Positions 31,094 to 41,653 of a stretch of 64,000 nucleotides of DNA are shown one piece after another. The notes below the pieces were generated by a model that searched no databases, had not been told where the DNA came from, and was given only the letters and a program-made list of their open reading frames with translations. The position numbers and the translations under genes were made by a program. The stretch comes from Bdellovibrionales bacterium (GTDB lineage: Bacteria; Bdellovibrionota; Bdellovibrionia; Bdellovibrionales; JAUICD01): assembly GCA_965262715.1 (NCBI GenBank), contig OZ253553.1:2592001-2656000 (forward strand), in the 5' to 3' direction. Each line of letters starts with the position of its first letter. The stretch's first letter is position 1.

Positions 31094-31204
31094 TCTATTT
31101 ATGGGTAAAACTTATCTGACAATCGGTTCCCTGATACTGCTTGCCTGAATGCCGGAATGCCAGAGAAAAAAGAGGTGGATAGGTACAATATCCACCCTTA
31201 AGAG

Positions 31205-31600
31205 ATAGCTGTCTCACTTAAAATAAACTAGCCTCTGGCTATTTTTTGGCAGTTAGCCTGAAGATTTACATCTTCAAGAAAATGCTAACTGCCTCAAAAA
31301 TCCGTTTATTTTTAGTAGAAAGGATATTCTTGTTTATTTACTACATGTTAAGGAAATGTAAAGGAAAAGCGGATGGGTACAATCATCCGCCTTTCAAAGA
31401 GATAGTTGTCTCACTTAAAATAAACTGGTCTCTGACCATTTTTGGACAGTTAGCCTGAAGGTTTACACCTTCAGAAAATGCTAACTGCCTCAAAAATCCG
31501 TTTATTTTTAGTAGAAAGGATATTCTTGTTTATTTACTACATGTTAAGGAAATGTAAAGGAAAAGCGGATGGGTACAATCATCCGCCTTTCAAAGAGATA
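31205..31600 (+). repeat. Two tandem copies of the dispersed structured repeat with a GCGGATG...CATCCGC linker hairpin
   Basis: 31205-31400 and 31401-31600 are nearly identical. Confidence 0.9.
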
Positions 31601-31628
31601 AAAAATGATCTGTTAAGATCTTATATGT

Positions 31629-32087
31629 TTAAGTTTTGGCAACTTGCAAATTGCAAGAAGATTTAAATGTATCCCAATTGATAGTCTCACACCTTAATGG
31701 CTGATCGTTCTCTAATGTCACTCTCACTGTGCAAAAATAAACTCTGTATTTACTAAACTTGGTGCTACTTTGTAAATCATTGCACAATTTAGAAGCGTCC
31801 CTACCTCTGAAAAGTCCACAAGAGGCTTGGCAAACATTAAAAAACTCTTCTTTACTTCCTACAGAATTCGTTTTTTCAATATAATCTGTATCAAGTCGGT
31901 ATTGTGCATAAAATACCTTTTGTGCTTTTTCTGTATCTAACTTTAAATTTGTAGATAATAGCTTCTTATCTGCTCTTTCAGTAGCTTCAAGCATCATAAG
32001 TCGACCACTATTATAGATAAACCCTAAGATACAAATAACAGCTATCGCTAATAAATAAAATAACCTCCTTGGTTTTGTTTTTCTCAT
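31629..32087 (-). CDS. Hypothetical membrane-anchored protein in pilin operon
   Basis: N-terminal TM helix; start overlaps the pilin stop codon. Confidence 0.6.
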   Translation of the reverse strand: MRKTKPRRLFYLLAIAVICILGFIYNSGRLMMLEATERADKKLLSTNLKLDTEKAQKVFYAQYRLDTDYIEKTNSVGSKEEFFNVCQASCGLFRGRDASKLCNDLQSSTKFSKYRVYFCTVRVTLENDQPLRCETINWDTFKSSCNLQVAKT

Positions 32088-32806
32088 AATCCACCAGCTT
32101 GTGCATTCTTTAAATCTTTATGATGGGATATAGTCCATACATCATCTACATCACCTCCTAAATTGCCAATGGCTGTAATGACAAAGACGGGACTAAACGC
32201 ATTCTGATTGTCAATTCCAGCATTTGGTGTTACCCATGTTCCGCTTGCTGATGTACAGTCAGCTTGATTAGCTACATTTCTTATTGAGCAGGCCCCTGCA
32301 TGACTTGGAACTAATGAAAAATCAAGAGTACTTCCACTGACATTTAAATCAGCACCTACTTTGATAAGACATGTTTCAGTCCCAGGTTTGCACAGTTCAT
32401 GTGTATTGGTTAGGTCCACATCAGTAGTAGGAGGACCATCAAACCAACTAGGGGTAGTGGTTAGATTTATGTTTTTACCTGTTGGGTTGACTGTGGTGCC
32501 TTTAGGCCAACCAACCAGATAGAGCAGATCTCCTTGAGCACTAAAACCTATCTGTTGAAGGTTTTGTGAGGCATACCGCCATTCTGATGCAAATGCAATT
32601 TCACTAGTGTAAATGCCAGAGAGCATTGTTTTAGCTTCTACCTGCTTTGCCTTGCGCACATAACCTTGATAGCTTGGAACAGCTATTGCCGTTATTACAC
32701 CTATAATAGCCACAACAATCATAATCTCTAATAAAGAAAAACCTTTGTTGGATAAATACATCTTTTGATCACCTACAATAAAATGCCCATGCTTGAACAT
32801 GGGCAA
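32084..32806 (-). CDS. Type IV pilin (PilA/PilE-like)
   Basis: KGFSLLEIMIVVAIIGVITAIAVPSY prepilin cleavage/methylation motif. Confidence 0.92.
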   Translation of the reverse strand: MPMFKHGHFIVGDQKMYLSNKGFSLLEIMIVVAIIGVITAIAVPSYQGYVRKAKQVEAKTMLSGIYTSEIAFASEWRYASQNLQQIGFSAQGDLLYLVGWPKGTTVNPTGKNINLTTTPSWFDGPPTTDVDLTNTHELCKPGTETCLIKVGADLNVSGSTLDFSLVPSHAGACSIRNVANQADCTSASGTWVTPNAGIDNQNAFSPVFVITAIGNLGGDVDDVWTISHHKDLKNAQAGGL

Positions 32807-32810
32807 TTAA

Positions 32811-33581
32811 TCACTCAACTCCATTCTGTACATTTGTTATCCTTTTACTTTCAGTCATAGTCCATTGATCTGTTAGGTCACCTCCAATACTGGCAACTGC
32901 TCCAATAGTAAATATTGTCCTATTCCTTGCTACATTATTAAGTTTGGGGCCAGCTTTTTGACAACCTGTAGCTCCTGGTGGTGTAGGATCACAAGCTTTA
33001 GTTGCTAGATTATAATTACAGCCAGTTGCCGTGCCAGTTCCTAAAGTACAACTTTTAGTTACATCGGCTAAAGATAAAGAAGTTCCATCTGCTTCTTTAT
33101 TTGCACCAAGTGGAACATGACATGAGTTAAGAAGTGTTCCTGTTGTATGATGTGGCCCGCTACAAATAAAGGTGTTGATATCATCTTCATTTTTAGCTGC
33201 AGGACCATAATAACCTAGAGGTGCTGTTGTTAAATTTAGATTTATGCCAGTATCTACTTTCTCTGAAAAACCTGTTAAATATGTCACTTGACCACTAGGT
33301 GTAAAACCAATTTGCAGTAAGTTAGACGAGCCTAAGGCATGTTCTGCCATAAAAGCAATCTCTGCTGTGTACAAAGATGCCAGCATTGTCTTTGCTTCTG
33401 ATTGGCGTGCCTTTCGTTGAAATTTCTGGTAACTCGGTATGGCAATGGCTGCTAATATACCAATGATGGCCACCACAACCATTAACTCCACTAATGAAAA
33501 CCCTTTTTGACTTTTTAATAATTTATTTCTTTTAATAAACTTAAACACTCTTGATAATGATTTCATTTTTATTCTCCCCAT
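32811..33581 (-). CDS. Type IV pilin (PilA-like)
   Basis: [39 protein letters not shown]. Confidence 0.93.
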   Translation of the reverse strand: MGRIKMKSLSRVFKFIKRNKLLKSQKGFSLVELMVVVAIIGILAAIAIPSYQKFQRKARQSEAKTMLASLYTAEIAFMAEHALGSSNLLQIGFTPSGQVTYLTGFSEKVDTGINLNLTTAPLGYYGPAAKNEDDINTFICSGPHHTTGTLLNSCHVPLGANKEADGTSLSLADVTKSCTLGTGTATGCNYNLATKACDPTPPGATGCQKAGPKLNNVARNRTIFTIGAVASIGGDLTDQWTMTESKRITNVQNGVE

Positions 33582-33734
33582 TTATCTTTAAAGATTGTTA
33601 AAAACACCTCACTACTTGCTTTTTTGTTTCTTATGTATTCTCAAGCTGACTGTGAAAGGTAAAAAAACAGCTAAAAATATCAAAAATGAAAATCTTCAAA
33701 GCCACATCAAAAGACTAGTTTTTGAACTAACTGG

Positions 33735-33897
33735 ACTGTAACTTACGTACATAAGTTACAGTATCAAGTTATTAAAATGATTACCGATATAATAAATTGG
33801 AAGGTCTTAGACAGTGATGGTAGTTGGTCTGGAAATGGCCAAAAACGTCAATGATTCTAAAGGAACAGGACTGTAACTTATGTACGTAAGTTACAGT
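33735..33897. repeat. Pair of 28-bp 11-6-11 palindromes upstream of the pilins
   Basis: ACTGTAACTTA-CGTACA-TAAGTTACAGT (33735-33762) and ACTGTAACTTA-TGTACG-TAAGTTACAGT (33870-33897). Confidence 0.85.
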
Positions 33898-34383
33898 GCT
33901 AAGTATTTGAAATCATTGAGTTGCTGGACTGTCTAGTCTAGCATTGAAACAACACCTAAGCTTAGAAAACCATAAGAATGTTGCAAAACGATAAATAATT
34001 TGTATCTAAGCAGGACAATTCTCTATATTTTCATTTTAGTGAAAGAAAAATGCAAAGAAAAGTTTTCCTTATTACCACTCGAGTTCAATCTTTCTATTTG
34101 TAAGCACTTTATTTTGAATGCCAAACAAGTAAGAAGAGCTAATGATAAAAATGAGAAAAAGCTTGCTTCATGAGTCTGACTTTTGGGCAATGGTTTTGAA
34201 ATTAGCTAGATAAATTGAAGGTAAATGTTATTGAACACAGCGCGCTTAAAGTTTTTATTGCTTTTTTGAACAATATATAATATTATATATAGTAACTTCC
34301 CTATTAATTTCGATTGGTAGGTGCAAGCCACTACATTTTTGTAGTGGCTTTTGCTTTTTTATGAAATATTGGTAAGTCATGAA

Positions 34384-34542
34384 ATGAACAATTATAAAAA
34401 ATACGGTATATATGTTGATGGTTTTAATCTTTATTACCGTCTTCTCAAAAAGTTTCCACGATATAAATGGCTAGATGTAAAGTTGCTTTTTATGTCTTTT
34501 AATTTTGAGCCTCGTCCAATTAAGGTTATTAGATATTTTTAA
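34384..34542 (+). pseudogene. NYN domain protein N-terminal fragment
   Basis: IYVDGFNLYY...KWLD...IRYF then stop. Confidence 0.6.
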
Positions 34543-34728
34543 AAATTATATCAGATTAATATTCCAAGGTTTTAATTGTAGTGCCTATGGTGCAATGTAT
34601 CATCTAATGATTCCAGTAACTTATAAGTTTAAACCGTCGAAGTCAGGATTATAGTAAGGAATTTAATTTGACATCTTAGATGCTCATCGATTATAGAACC
34701 TTGTAAAGTCAGGTTTTTAAACTTAATT

Positions 34729-35391
34729 GTGGGGAGATGTGTAATGTATAAATTGAGTCAATATTTACTAGGTTTTATAATAACTATGTCGCTGGGTTCT
34801 TTTGCTTCAGCACAAGGGAATTTATTTTGTAGTAGTTCATGGTGGAGTGGGATCACCTTTGATGGTGCTACTCGTACTATAGAACTCTATCGTGACTCCT
34901 TAGATTTTGCTATGACACAAACTTGTAATCAACAAGGAGATACTCCTTTCATGATCGCTTTAAGATCTATACCAGAACCTATATCGTCAGATCAAGTCAA
35001 AGCTTTGGTACCTTTCTTTGCTTTTTTAGATGAGCATAATCTTCATCATGTCACTAATAGAGATGGCTACACAGCTTGGATTATAAGTCAACTGCGATGG
35101 CAAAGAGCACTTCGCAGATGGAATGATTATGCTCAAAACCATCCTATGAGTCAGTGGGGAAATAATCTTAACGGAGAGGTATTTGAAGCTACGCTTTTTA
35201 TTCTTCTTATGCAGGCAGATCGAGATGTTTCATTCAGTGAAGTCTTAAGTACAGTGATAGATGATTTAACTGAACACACAAGCGATGTTAACACTACTCT
35301 AATGGAAGAATTAGAAAGATTAGAGGAGCTATTGGAAAGAGGATTCGAAGAAAATTTATTACCCGAATCTCAAGGTAATGAAAACAGGTAA
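34729..35391 (+). CDS. Secreted hypothetical protein (one ankyrin-like GDTP motif)
   Basis: Signal peptide ending ASA; GDTPFMIAL. Confidence 0.55.
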   Translation: MGRCVMYKLSQYLLGFIITMSLGSFASAQGNLFCSSSWWSGITFDGATRTIELYRDSLDFAMTQTCNQQGDTPFMIALRSIPEPISSDQVKALVPFFAFLDEHNLHHVTNRDGYTAWIISQLRWQRALRRWNDYAQNHPMSQWGNNLNGEVFEATLFILLMQADRDVSFSEVLSTVIDDLTEHTSDVNTTLMEELERLEELLERGFEENLLPESQGNENR

Positions 35392-35472
35392 TAAAATAAC
35401 TTCTTATTCCCAAAGTTGTTTGTTAAAGCATTTCAAGCTATATTTGTATTGCATCCTTATGAGGAATAGGGC

Positions 35473-35640
35473 ATGAGCAAAGTTATTAGCATATTGTTAA
35501 TGTTATAGTTACAGCCAACTTTTGTATTGGCTGTAACTTCCCGTATCGTAAGTTTCTCACCAGCGACAACAGAAATGCTCTTTGATTTAAACTTAAGCCA
35601 TCTCATTGTGGGAAAACACAATATTCTGACATATCCCTAA
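35473..35640 (+). pseudogene. Fragment of a BtuF-like ABC substrate-binding protein
   Basis: RIVSFSPATTEMLFDLNLSHLIVG with an upstream in-frame stop and early termination. Confidence 0.55.
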
Positions 35641-35842
35641 TTTTAACTCAAATATTAGAATTTTGACGTTTTGACCGGATGCATTTCGAAACAAAATTTA
35701 AATCTCATCATTATTTTGCACATTCTCTCTGCCAATGTATCTGGCAATCAGGAATCGGTTTCCGGGATCAGTTCCCGAATACTGCATGCCCGATTGCCAG
35801 TCTGCCTGTTTGCCGGAAAAGAAAAAGCTTAGACACTTAACC

Positions 35843-36736
35843 TTATTCAGAAGATGTTATCAGTTTCATGCTGATGTTGAAAGATATTAAAGGATGCCAT
35901 GTGCTACTGTCTTGTTCTACTGTACCTACTGGTTCAAGAGCAAGAGCTGCTTTAATATCTGTAATCACAGATTTAGGAACCATTAGGAGCTTGCTTGAAA
36001 TGCTTAATTCAGTTGGAATTTCATCACTAGAGGATGGTTGGCCTAGATCAACTAAGTAAATCATAACTTGATCTGGAAGAGTTTGGATATCAGCATCTAA
36101 ATCATCTTTAAGAGCTAACAGTGTATAATTTGTATTTTCAACTTGAACCACCCTATTTATATCATACTCATCCTCATCCTCTTGATCGAGTTGTATATAA
36201 TCATTATTGAAACGATGAAAAGTAATTGTAAAAGACACATCTTCTAGGAGAAATGTAAACTCTTTAGCATCTATAGTTGACTGTTCTATTTCTTTAGGAT
36301 CGGAAGCAATGGCTTGTTTAATATCTGTGATTAAAGATTTCTGAGTAAGAAGAACTTCTCCTTCAAATGTGACATCACCATTGCTTTGATCTGCTCCTCG
36401 AGTAACCAGTATAATACTTATATATTCAGGGAGACTTGTAAGCTCAGTATCTAAATGCGCTTGATCAACTAGAAGTGTTTTACTTGTTCCTTTAACTGTC
36501 ACTTGACTATTGAGGTCTTCCGGAAAAGCCCCTGCAATATCATCGCTATTACTATCGTCATTATTATTATTACTGAAAGCTATTTTCATAGACTCTAAAA
36601 AGTCATCAAAGGTTACATCTGGGTTTTGAATGTTAGGGTTAGGTTGGTTAGGTTCTTCTTGTTGAACCTCTGCACGGCAACCTAAAAAAAGAAATGTACA
36701 AGATACTATAATAAACAGTCTCATTTTTTGACACAT
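35843..36736 (-). CDS. Lipoprotein with an internal duplicated domain
   Basis: Lipobox FLGC; repeats TLL...LPEYISIILV...KSLITDIKQAIA and TLL...LPDQVMIYLV...KSVITDIKAALA. Confidence 0.65.
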   Translation of the reverse strand: MCQKMRLFIIVSCTFLFLGCRAEVQQEEPNQPNPNIQNPDVTFDDFLESMKIAFSNNNNDDSNSDDIAGAFPEDLNSQVTVKGTSKTLLVDQAHLDTELTSLPEYISIILVTRGADQSNGDVTFEGEVLLTQKSLITDIKQAIASDPKEIEQSTIDAKEFTFLLEDVSFTITFHRFNNDYIQLDQEDEDEYDINRVVQVENTNYTLLALKDDLDADIQTLPDQVMIYLVDLGQPSSSDEIPTELSISSKLLMVPKSVITDIKAALALEPVGTVEQDSSTWHPLISFNISMKLITSSE

Positions 36737-37075
36737 CGTATAGACTCCTTGAAAGTATCAATAATTAAGTAAGAATACCTTTATGATTTATCGGTAGAAT
36801 TTATTTCCTTGTAAAGGTTATTAGAAGCCATCTCAAAAATGCTGCTTGCCTCGAAAATCCGTTTATTTTTAGTAGGAGGATATCTTCTTTCTTTTACATC
36901 ATGTTAAGGAAGTTTTCTCTCATTACTGTTTTACTCAAAATGAATAGCCTTTCTAGGCATTGATCTAACCATCGAATCAGCGCTAGAAAGCGCGCCAGAG
37001 GCTCGCCTCGAGAGGTTCACCTCGAGAGGTTCACCTCGAGAGGTATATGTATTTTAGTGAAACAGAGAGCCTATT

Positions 37076-38122
37076 TTAAATTTCTATTAAATGATTATAA
37101 GAGCATAAAAGCCCTTGAAGAGCTAACCTGTCAATCTGCTTTGGAACAGTAATGTTCTCAAAAAAATTAGGTATTAAAGTGATTTTAAATCCACTATGCA
37201 TTAAACTATTTAGTACATTATTATGCTTTAATCCAAGTGCGTGTCCAAACTCATGAAGTATATTATTACTTAATAAAACAGTACTATTAAGGATACTTGC
37301 AAAGTTTGAGGAAAGCCCTTCAATCATTAAAGCTTGGAGATCTTCAAAAGAGGTAAGTTCAATATCTTTTAATTGTGCATTTATTTGTGAAATAACCCAA
37401 GATTGGGCAGCTTTTTTATTCATCAAAATAATACCTTTATCTTTTAACATTTGAGCAACCATCTCATAGAAATTATCACTACTCATATTTGATAACCTAT
37501 CAATAAAAAACCTTTGAAAGTCCATAACATTCATATTTTCAGAAGGTTCAATACCCGCTCTTTTTAAATGTCGAGTAAATACCTGGTGAATGTATTCGCT
37601 AATAACATTTTGCTCCTCATATATAATAATATCAACATCAGCAATGAATATATAGGATGATGAAGGATCCACAGGATGTACTTCAATAAATGTTTCTGCT
37701 GCTACTTTGGCTGCTCCGTTCTGTAAAGTAATATCTTCTAAATTATATTGATCGTCATTTAGCCAATAAATAACATTTTTAAAGTCTCGACTTCTTACAT
37801 CGCTATGATCAATTTCATCACTTATACGAATCATTTCAGAGTTAGCTGCTATATTCCATTCTGAAGCGGATTCACCAAAGACATCTCTATACTGCTGTGG
37901 GATGCTATCATTTAAGTGAAATTCTATCGGAAGGTTATCAAAATATAAAGGATTACTGGGTATGTTACCAGGTATAGGTGTATCAGGGTTCTGGCTTTCA
38001 TATAAACTTCTACCATTATGCATAAGATAACATGAATTAATTGGAAGATATGGTTGTCCATCTAAATATTGAAAATGAAGTACAAATATGAAAAACACGG
38101 CTAATTGACAGGCTTTATTCAC
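37076..38122 (-). CDS. Matrixin-like (M10) secreted metalloprotease
   Basis: HEFGHALGLKH, Met-turn SLMH; paralog of 42806-43900. Confidence 0.8.
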   Translation of the reverse strand: MNKACQLAVFFIFVLHFQYLDGQPYLPINSCYLMHNGRSLYESQNPDTPIPGNIPSNPLYFDNLPIEFHLNDSIPQQYRDVFGESASEWNIAANSEMIRISDEIDHSDVRSRDFKNVIYWLNDDQYNLEDITLQNGAAKVAAETFIEVHPVDPSSSYIFIADVDIIIYEEQNVISEYIHQVFTRHLKRAGIEPSENMNVMDFQRFFIDRLSNMSSDNFYEMVAQMLKDKGIILMNKKAAQSWVISQINAQLKDIELTSFEDLQALMIEGLSSNFASILNSTVLLSNNILHEFGHALGLKHNNVLNSLMHSGFKITLIPNFFENITVPKQIDRLALQGLLCSYNHLIEI

Positions 38123-38381
38123 AATAATTCCTTAAGTTGCTTGAATTTTGACTCTATATACAAATTAGATCTTTTAGTGTGTGAGCTTGTAAATAAAAAA
38201 TATAAAAAAAGGATTATAGTCGATTTTATCTTTTGATCTATATTTATAACTGTGTAATAAGATCAGTACTTTGAACCTGTGTATGATTTGGATTTTTTAG
38301 AATGTTTTTGCGTATTCTAGAAGTTTTTATTGCAACTGCATAATATAGTCATATCTATTTTTTTAAAAAGGTGTATGAGAT

Positions 38382-39425
38382 ATGAAAAAGTTTAATATTA
38401 AACAATTATTGATCTATTCATTAATTTTTGGCATTTCAATTACATGGCCTACTACAAGTAGCTCTTTTAAGTTTAGAGTATTTCAATCTTGTGCCGATGT
38501 TCTTCTAGGAGAATTACCTCAACCACTGATTGAAACTGAACAGCAAATGAGAGATGAAGGGTATGAAGATAGATATATTGTAGGCCTTGATCATGCTAGA
38601 GACAATCTTCAGTTGGCTGAGAAATTACGCTCAAACTCTGTTGATCCTAAAACCACTCATATACAAGAATTTGCTGATCTCATTGAAAAATATACCGACT
38701 TTATTGAAGAAGGTATTCACTTGCAAAAATATGGTGATGAAGATTTTAGATTACAACAACTGGAGTTATTAAAATCTGAAGCTCAAGCACGTAAAAATTC
38801 AAAGACTGTAACTCTTCGTTGGTGGTTTTTCTTTAACTTACGTCTTTCTATTGTTGCAAGTCCATGGAGAGAACACATGAAAGGATATTTTAATTCAGAA
38901 GAACCATTAGAAGAAGTAATGATTCATGAGGGAATAGAAAGTTTTTGGGCACAGAAGGAGCCTAATTTTTTTTTAATGATGGATCGTTTTCCTGAAAGAA
39001 TTATGATTCCTACAATACAAGACTTAGGGAAGATTTCAATCAATAGTACTTATGGAACCGGAGTGCATCTTATTGGTCTTAGTGATCGTTTTCAAACAGC
39101 TGATGGTGTATGGATGTCTCCTTTTTTATTTTTCAAACACGATCTCGTACATGCCTTAATAAGAAATGTCGATCAGTTACTAAGAACTAAAAGAGTTATG
39201 CAGAAAATAGCAAATCTCCAAGGACAGTTAAGACAAAACGTTGAAAATCTTTTTTTTGAGTTAACTCATGAACAAGGATATGGATTAGATAGATCACTAT
39301 CTTTTAATATTGGACGTATCAATCATATGCGTATTAATGAACCAGAAGGCAAGAGAATATTTATTAAGATTCTTAAAGATGCAACATGGGGATATCGCCT
39401 ATCAAATTTTTTTCCATGGTTTTAA
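38382..39425 (+). CDS. Secreted hypothetical protein
   Basis: Signal peptide; 347 aa; ADG...FFKHDLVH motif; 3' end duplicated at 42541-42718. Confidence 0.65.
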   Translation: MKKFNIKQLLIYSLIFGISITWPTTSSSFKFRVFQSCADVLLGELPQPLIETEQQMRDEGYEDRYIVGLDHARDNLQLAEKLRSNSVDPKTTHIQEFADLIEKYTDFIEEGIHLQKYGDEDFRLQQLELLKSEAQARKNSKTVTLRWWFFFNLRLSIVASPWREHMKGYFNSEEPLEEVMIHEGIESFWAQKEPNFFLMMDRFPERIMIPTIQDLGKISINSTYGTGVHLIGLSDRFQTADGVWMSPFLFFKHDLVHALIRNVDQLLRTKRVMQKIANLQGQLRQNVENLFFELTHEQGYGLDRSLSFNIGRINHMRINEPEGKRIFIKILKDATWGYRLSNFFPWF

Positions 39426-39549
39426 TATAGTGTAAGTTCAAATCGCAAGAGCAACATTGTTTAAGATTATAGATATTTTTAAAATTTGTATTTGTATTTC
39501 AGTTCAAGACAAATCCATATCAAAAAAGGTAATATTATATGACAATTAT

Positions 39550-41607
39550 TTATGGATTTGAAGTGTTGGTATTGGATAGCACTTGGCTTATTCTTTGTTG
39601 TTGTTGCATCAACTTCTCTCTTCTTCTTCTTGAATATTGTATCCACCATCTCAGCTCACTCTTGCAGAAAGATATATCAACCTCATTGGAACTACACATG
39701 AACTCTTGGCCATTCACATCCCCTGTTTGAATAGCTGCCTGCTCTAATGTAATTAAATTTCTGCTCATTCTGTTTATTAAAGCATTCGTTGACCGTATTT
39801 GAAAATTTAAAACTCTATGTTCTTTTTCAATTTGTTCCTGGCTTTTACCAAGTACATTTTGATTTTCACATTGGTTTTTCAAGTCAGGACAGTCTTCGTT
39901 GGAAGTTAAACCTTGATAACCTGTTTGACGTGCTAATGCAGCACAGGTTCTATAGAGTTGAACGTCCTCTCTGTTTGCGCAATTCCCATACAGGATAGCA
40001 TTGAAATGAACTGGATCTAGTAAGGAATACTCACTAAAATCTGATGGTTTGATATGAGCATTGGAAGGTAGTCCTGGCATTGCGTATCCAATACGAAGGC
40101 TTTCACCATAGGGAAAAACTTTTTGCCATCTTTCTTTCTGATTTGACATAATGCTATTTTCTTGTGTCACACGGCAATTGTATTTTGGGCGAAAATCAAA
40201 TTCTTCTTTTTGAGGTGGTTGTTCTTTATATCGACTTGATACCTTTATGACTTCCCCTGTTTCAATATTGACATATTCTCCCATCGAGCCTTCTTCATAA
40301 CCATCATTCAATCCTCCTACTTCATGTAATAGTTCATGCGCTGTGGTAGGGCAATCAATGTCTGCTTCATAACTTCCTGAATTAGAACGTCCAGTGCTGG
40401 ATTGAATTGTAATATCGAGCTGAGGGAGACAGGAATCAGCTTGAGGATCTGCAATCACAATATTTAATCGCTCTCCATTAGGACCTAGCATTTTAGGATT
40501 AGCCTGGTTTAAACAATCTGTGGCTCGCTGCCTGTAATGGGCATTTACTTGGTCTTTTGGAACATTTTTTTCATTGTCATAATCATCAGCAGGAGAAAAT
40601 GTCATGGCGATAGAAGCTGTATAACTTCCATCAGTTTCTTTTTTGATCCTATAGTGAGTCCAAGGATCTGTAGAAACATCTCTTTCTTCCCCAGGTTGAT
40701 AATCACTGCAAGCCATCTCCTTGTCTAAATCTTCTAAAAAATCTCCTAAGACAAAAAAAGAAGGCTCACTTTCTAAACAAGTACCTAAAGACTCTACTGC
40801 CTGTGATGAAGATTGTGACATGACCAAATCGGTAAGACTTGAAAGTCGCCCTATAATCAGTTCTTGATCACGTTTTAACCTATTACAAATATCCCTTTGA
40901 CGACCAGTTTCACCTTCACAGCTATCAGGTAAGTTGAAAATATCGTTTGCTTTTTGAATTTCCCGGCCTAAAGTTGCCAGAGCATTTTTAAGGCAGGAAG
41001 GACCTATTTCAGATAATCTGTCAACTGTCTTCTCATATTGTTCTTGATTTCCATGACTTAACATTGATGAAACTGCTTGATCACTACAAATGCTTAGACA
41101 ATCCAAGCTAAGCTTCTCATGCGCATCTTTGACTCTGTAGCTTGAAATATCTCCAATAGCATAATGAGCATCTGGTAATAAGAGCCGACCTGCCTGTGCC
41201 TGTCGCAGTTCTACTTCAGCCTCGTCAAGAGATCTTTCAGCACGTTCTTCACATAACTGGATTTGATGATCAGGAAGTCCAGCCATGCTAGTACGACATC
41301 CTCCTTTAACTGCCATTGCAAATAAGCCATGTAGGTTTTCAAAAAATTTCTGATTTTGATAATCAGACTGTTGCAGCAGAGTTTTTGCGCGATCAACAAA
41401 AGCCGAAATATCCACCTGTCCATCTTTGAATGTGATGATGCCACCTGAGTAAGGATCATCAGGACAACTTTTTTTCATACAAGGTGGTAATTTGATAGCA
41501 CTTAACCATGCGCTTAAATTCCTTTCAGAAGCTAGACAAATACGTAAGTCCCATGTTATTAAAGTGATAATCCATATCACCCATAAAGTAGTTCTCATAA
41601 GCTTCAA
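39550..41607 (-). CDS. Secreted Cys-rich putative zinc metalloprotease
   Basis: Signal peptide; AHELLHEVGGLNDGYEE; SIMS Met-turn-like. Confidence 0.65.
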   Translation of the reverse strand: MKLMRTTLWVIWIITLITWDLRICLASERNLSAWLSAIKLPPCMKKSCPDDPYSGGIITFKDGQVDISAFVDRAKTLLQQSDYQNQKFFENLHGLFAMAVKGGCRTSMAGLPDHQIQLCEERAERSLDEAEVELRQAQAGRLLLPDAHYAIGDISSYRVKDAHEKLSLDCLSICSDQAVSSMLSHGNQEQYEKTVDRLSEIGPSCLKNALATLGREIQKANDIFNLPDSCEGETGRQRDICNRLKRDQELIIGRLSSLTDLVMSQSSSQAVESLGTCLESEPSFFVLGDFLEDLDKEMACSDYQPGEERDVSTDPWTHYRIKKETDGSYTASIAMTFSPADDYDNEKNVPKDQVNAHYRQRATDCLNQANPKMLGPNGERLNIVIADPQADSCLPQLDITIQSSTGRSNSGSYEADIDCPTTAHELLHEVGGLNDGYEEGSMGEYVNIETGEVIKVSSRYKEQPPQKEEFDFRPKYNCRVTQENSIMSNQKERWQKVFPYGESLRIGYAMPGLPSNAHIKPSDFSEYSLLDPVHFNAILYGNCANREDVQLYRTCAALARQTGYQGLTSNEDCPDLKNQCENQNVLGKSQEQIEKEHRVLNFQIRSTNALINRMSRNLITLEQAAIQTGDVNGQEFMCSSNEVDISFCKSELRWWIQYSRRRREKLMQQQQRISQVLSNTNTSNP

Positions 41608-41653
41608 TTTTTCCTTTAAAAGTAATTTTTTTTAAGTTCACTGAGTTTAAATT

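Noticed and set aside
30564..31600. Integron attC array interpretation of the dispersed repeats
   Set aside because: No integron integrase, no RYYYAAC...GTTRRRY framing of the long hairpin, and copies interrupt genes and occur in both orientations
31246..31666. Short ORFs MAVSLKIY.../MLTASKIR... (also 57862-58248)
   Set aside because: Translations of the dispersed repeat and of the tRNA
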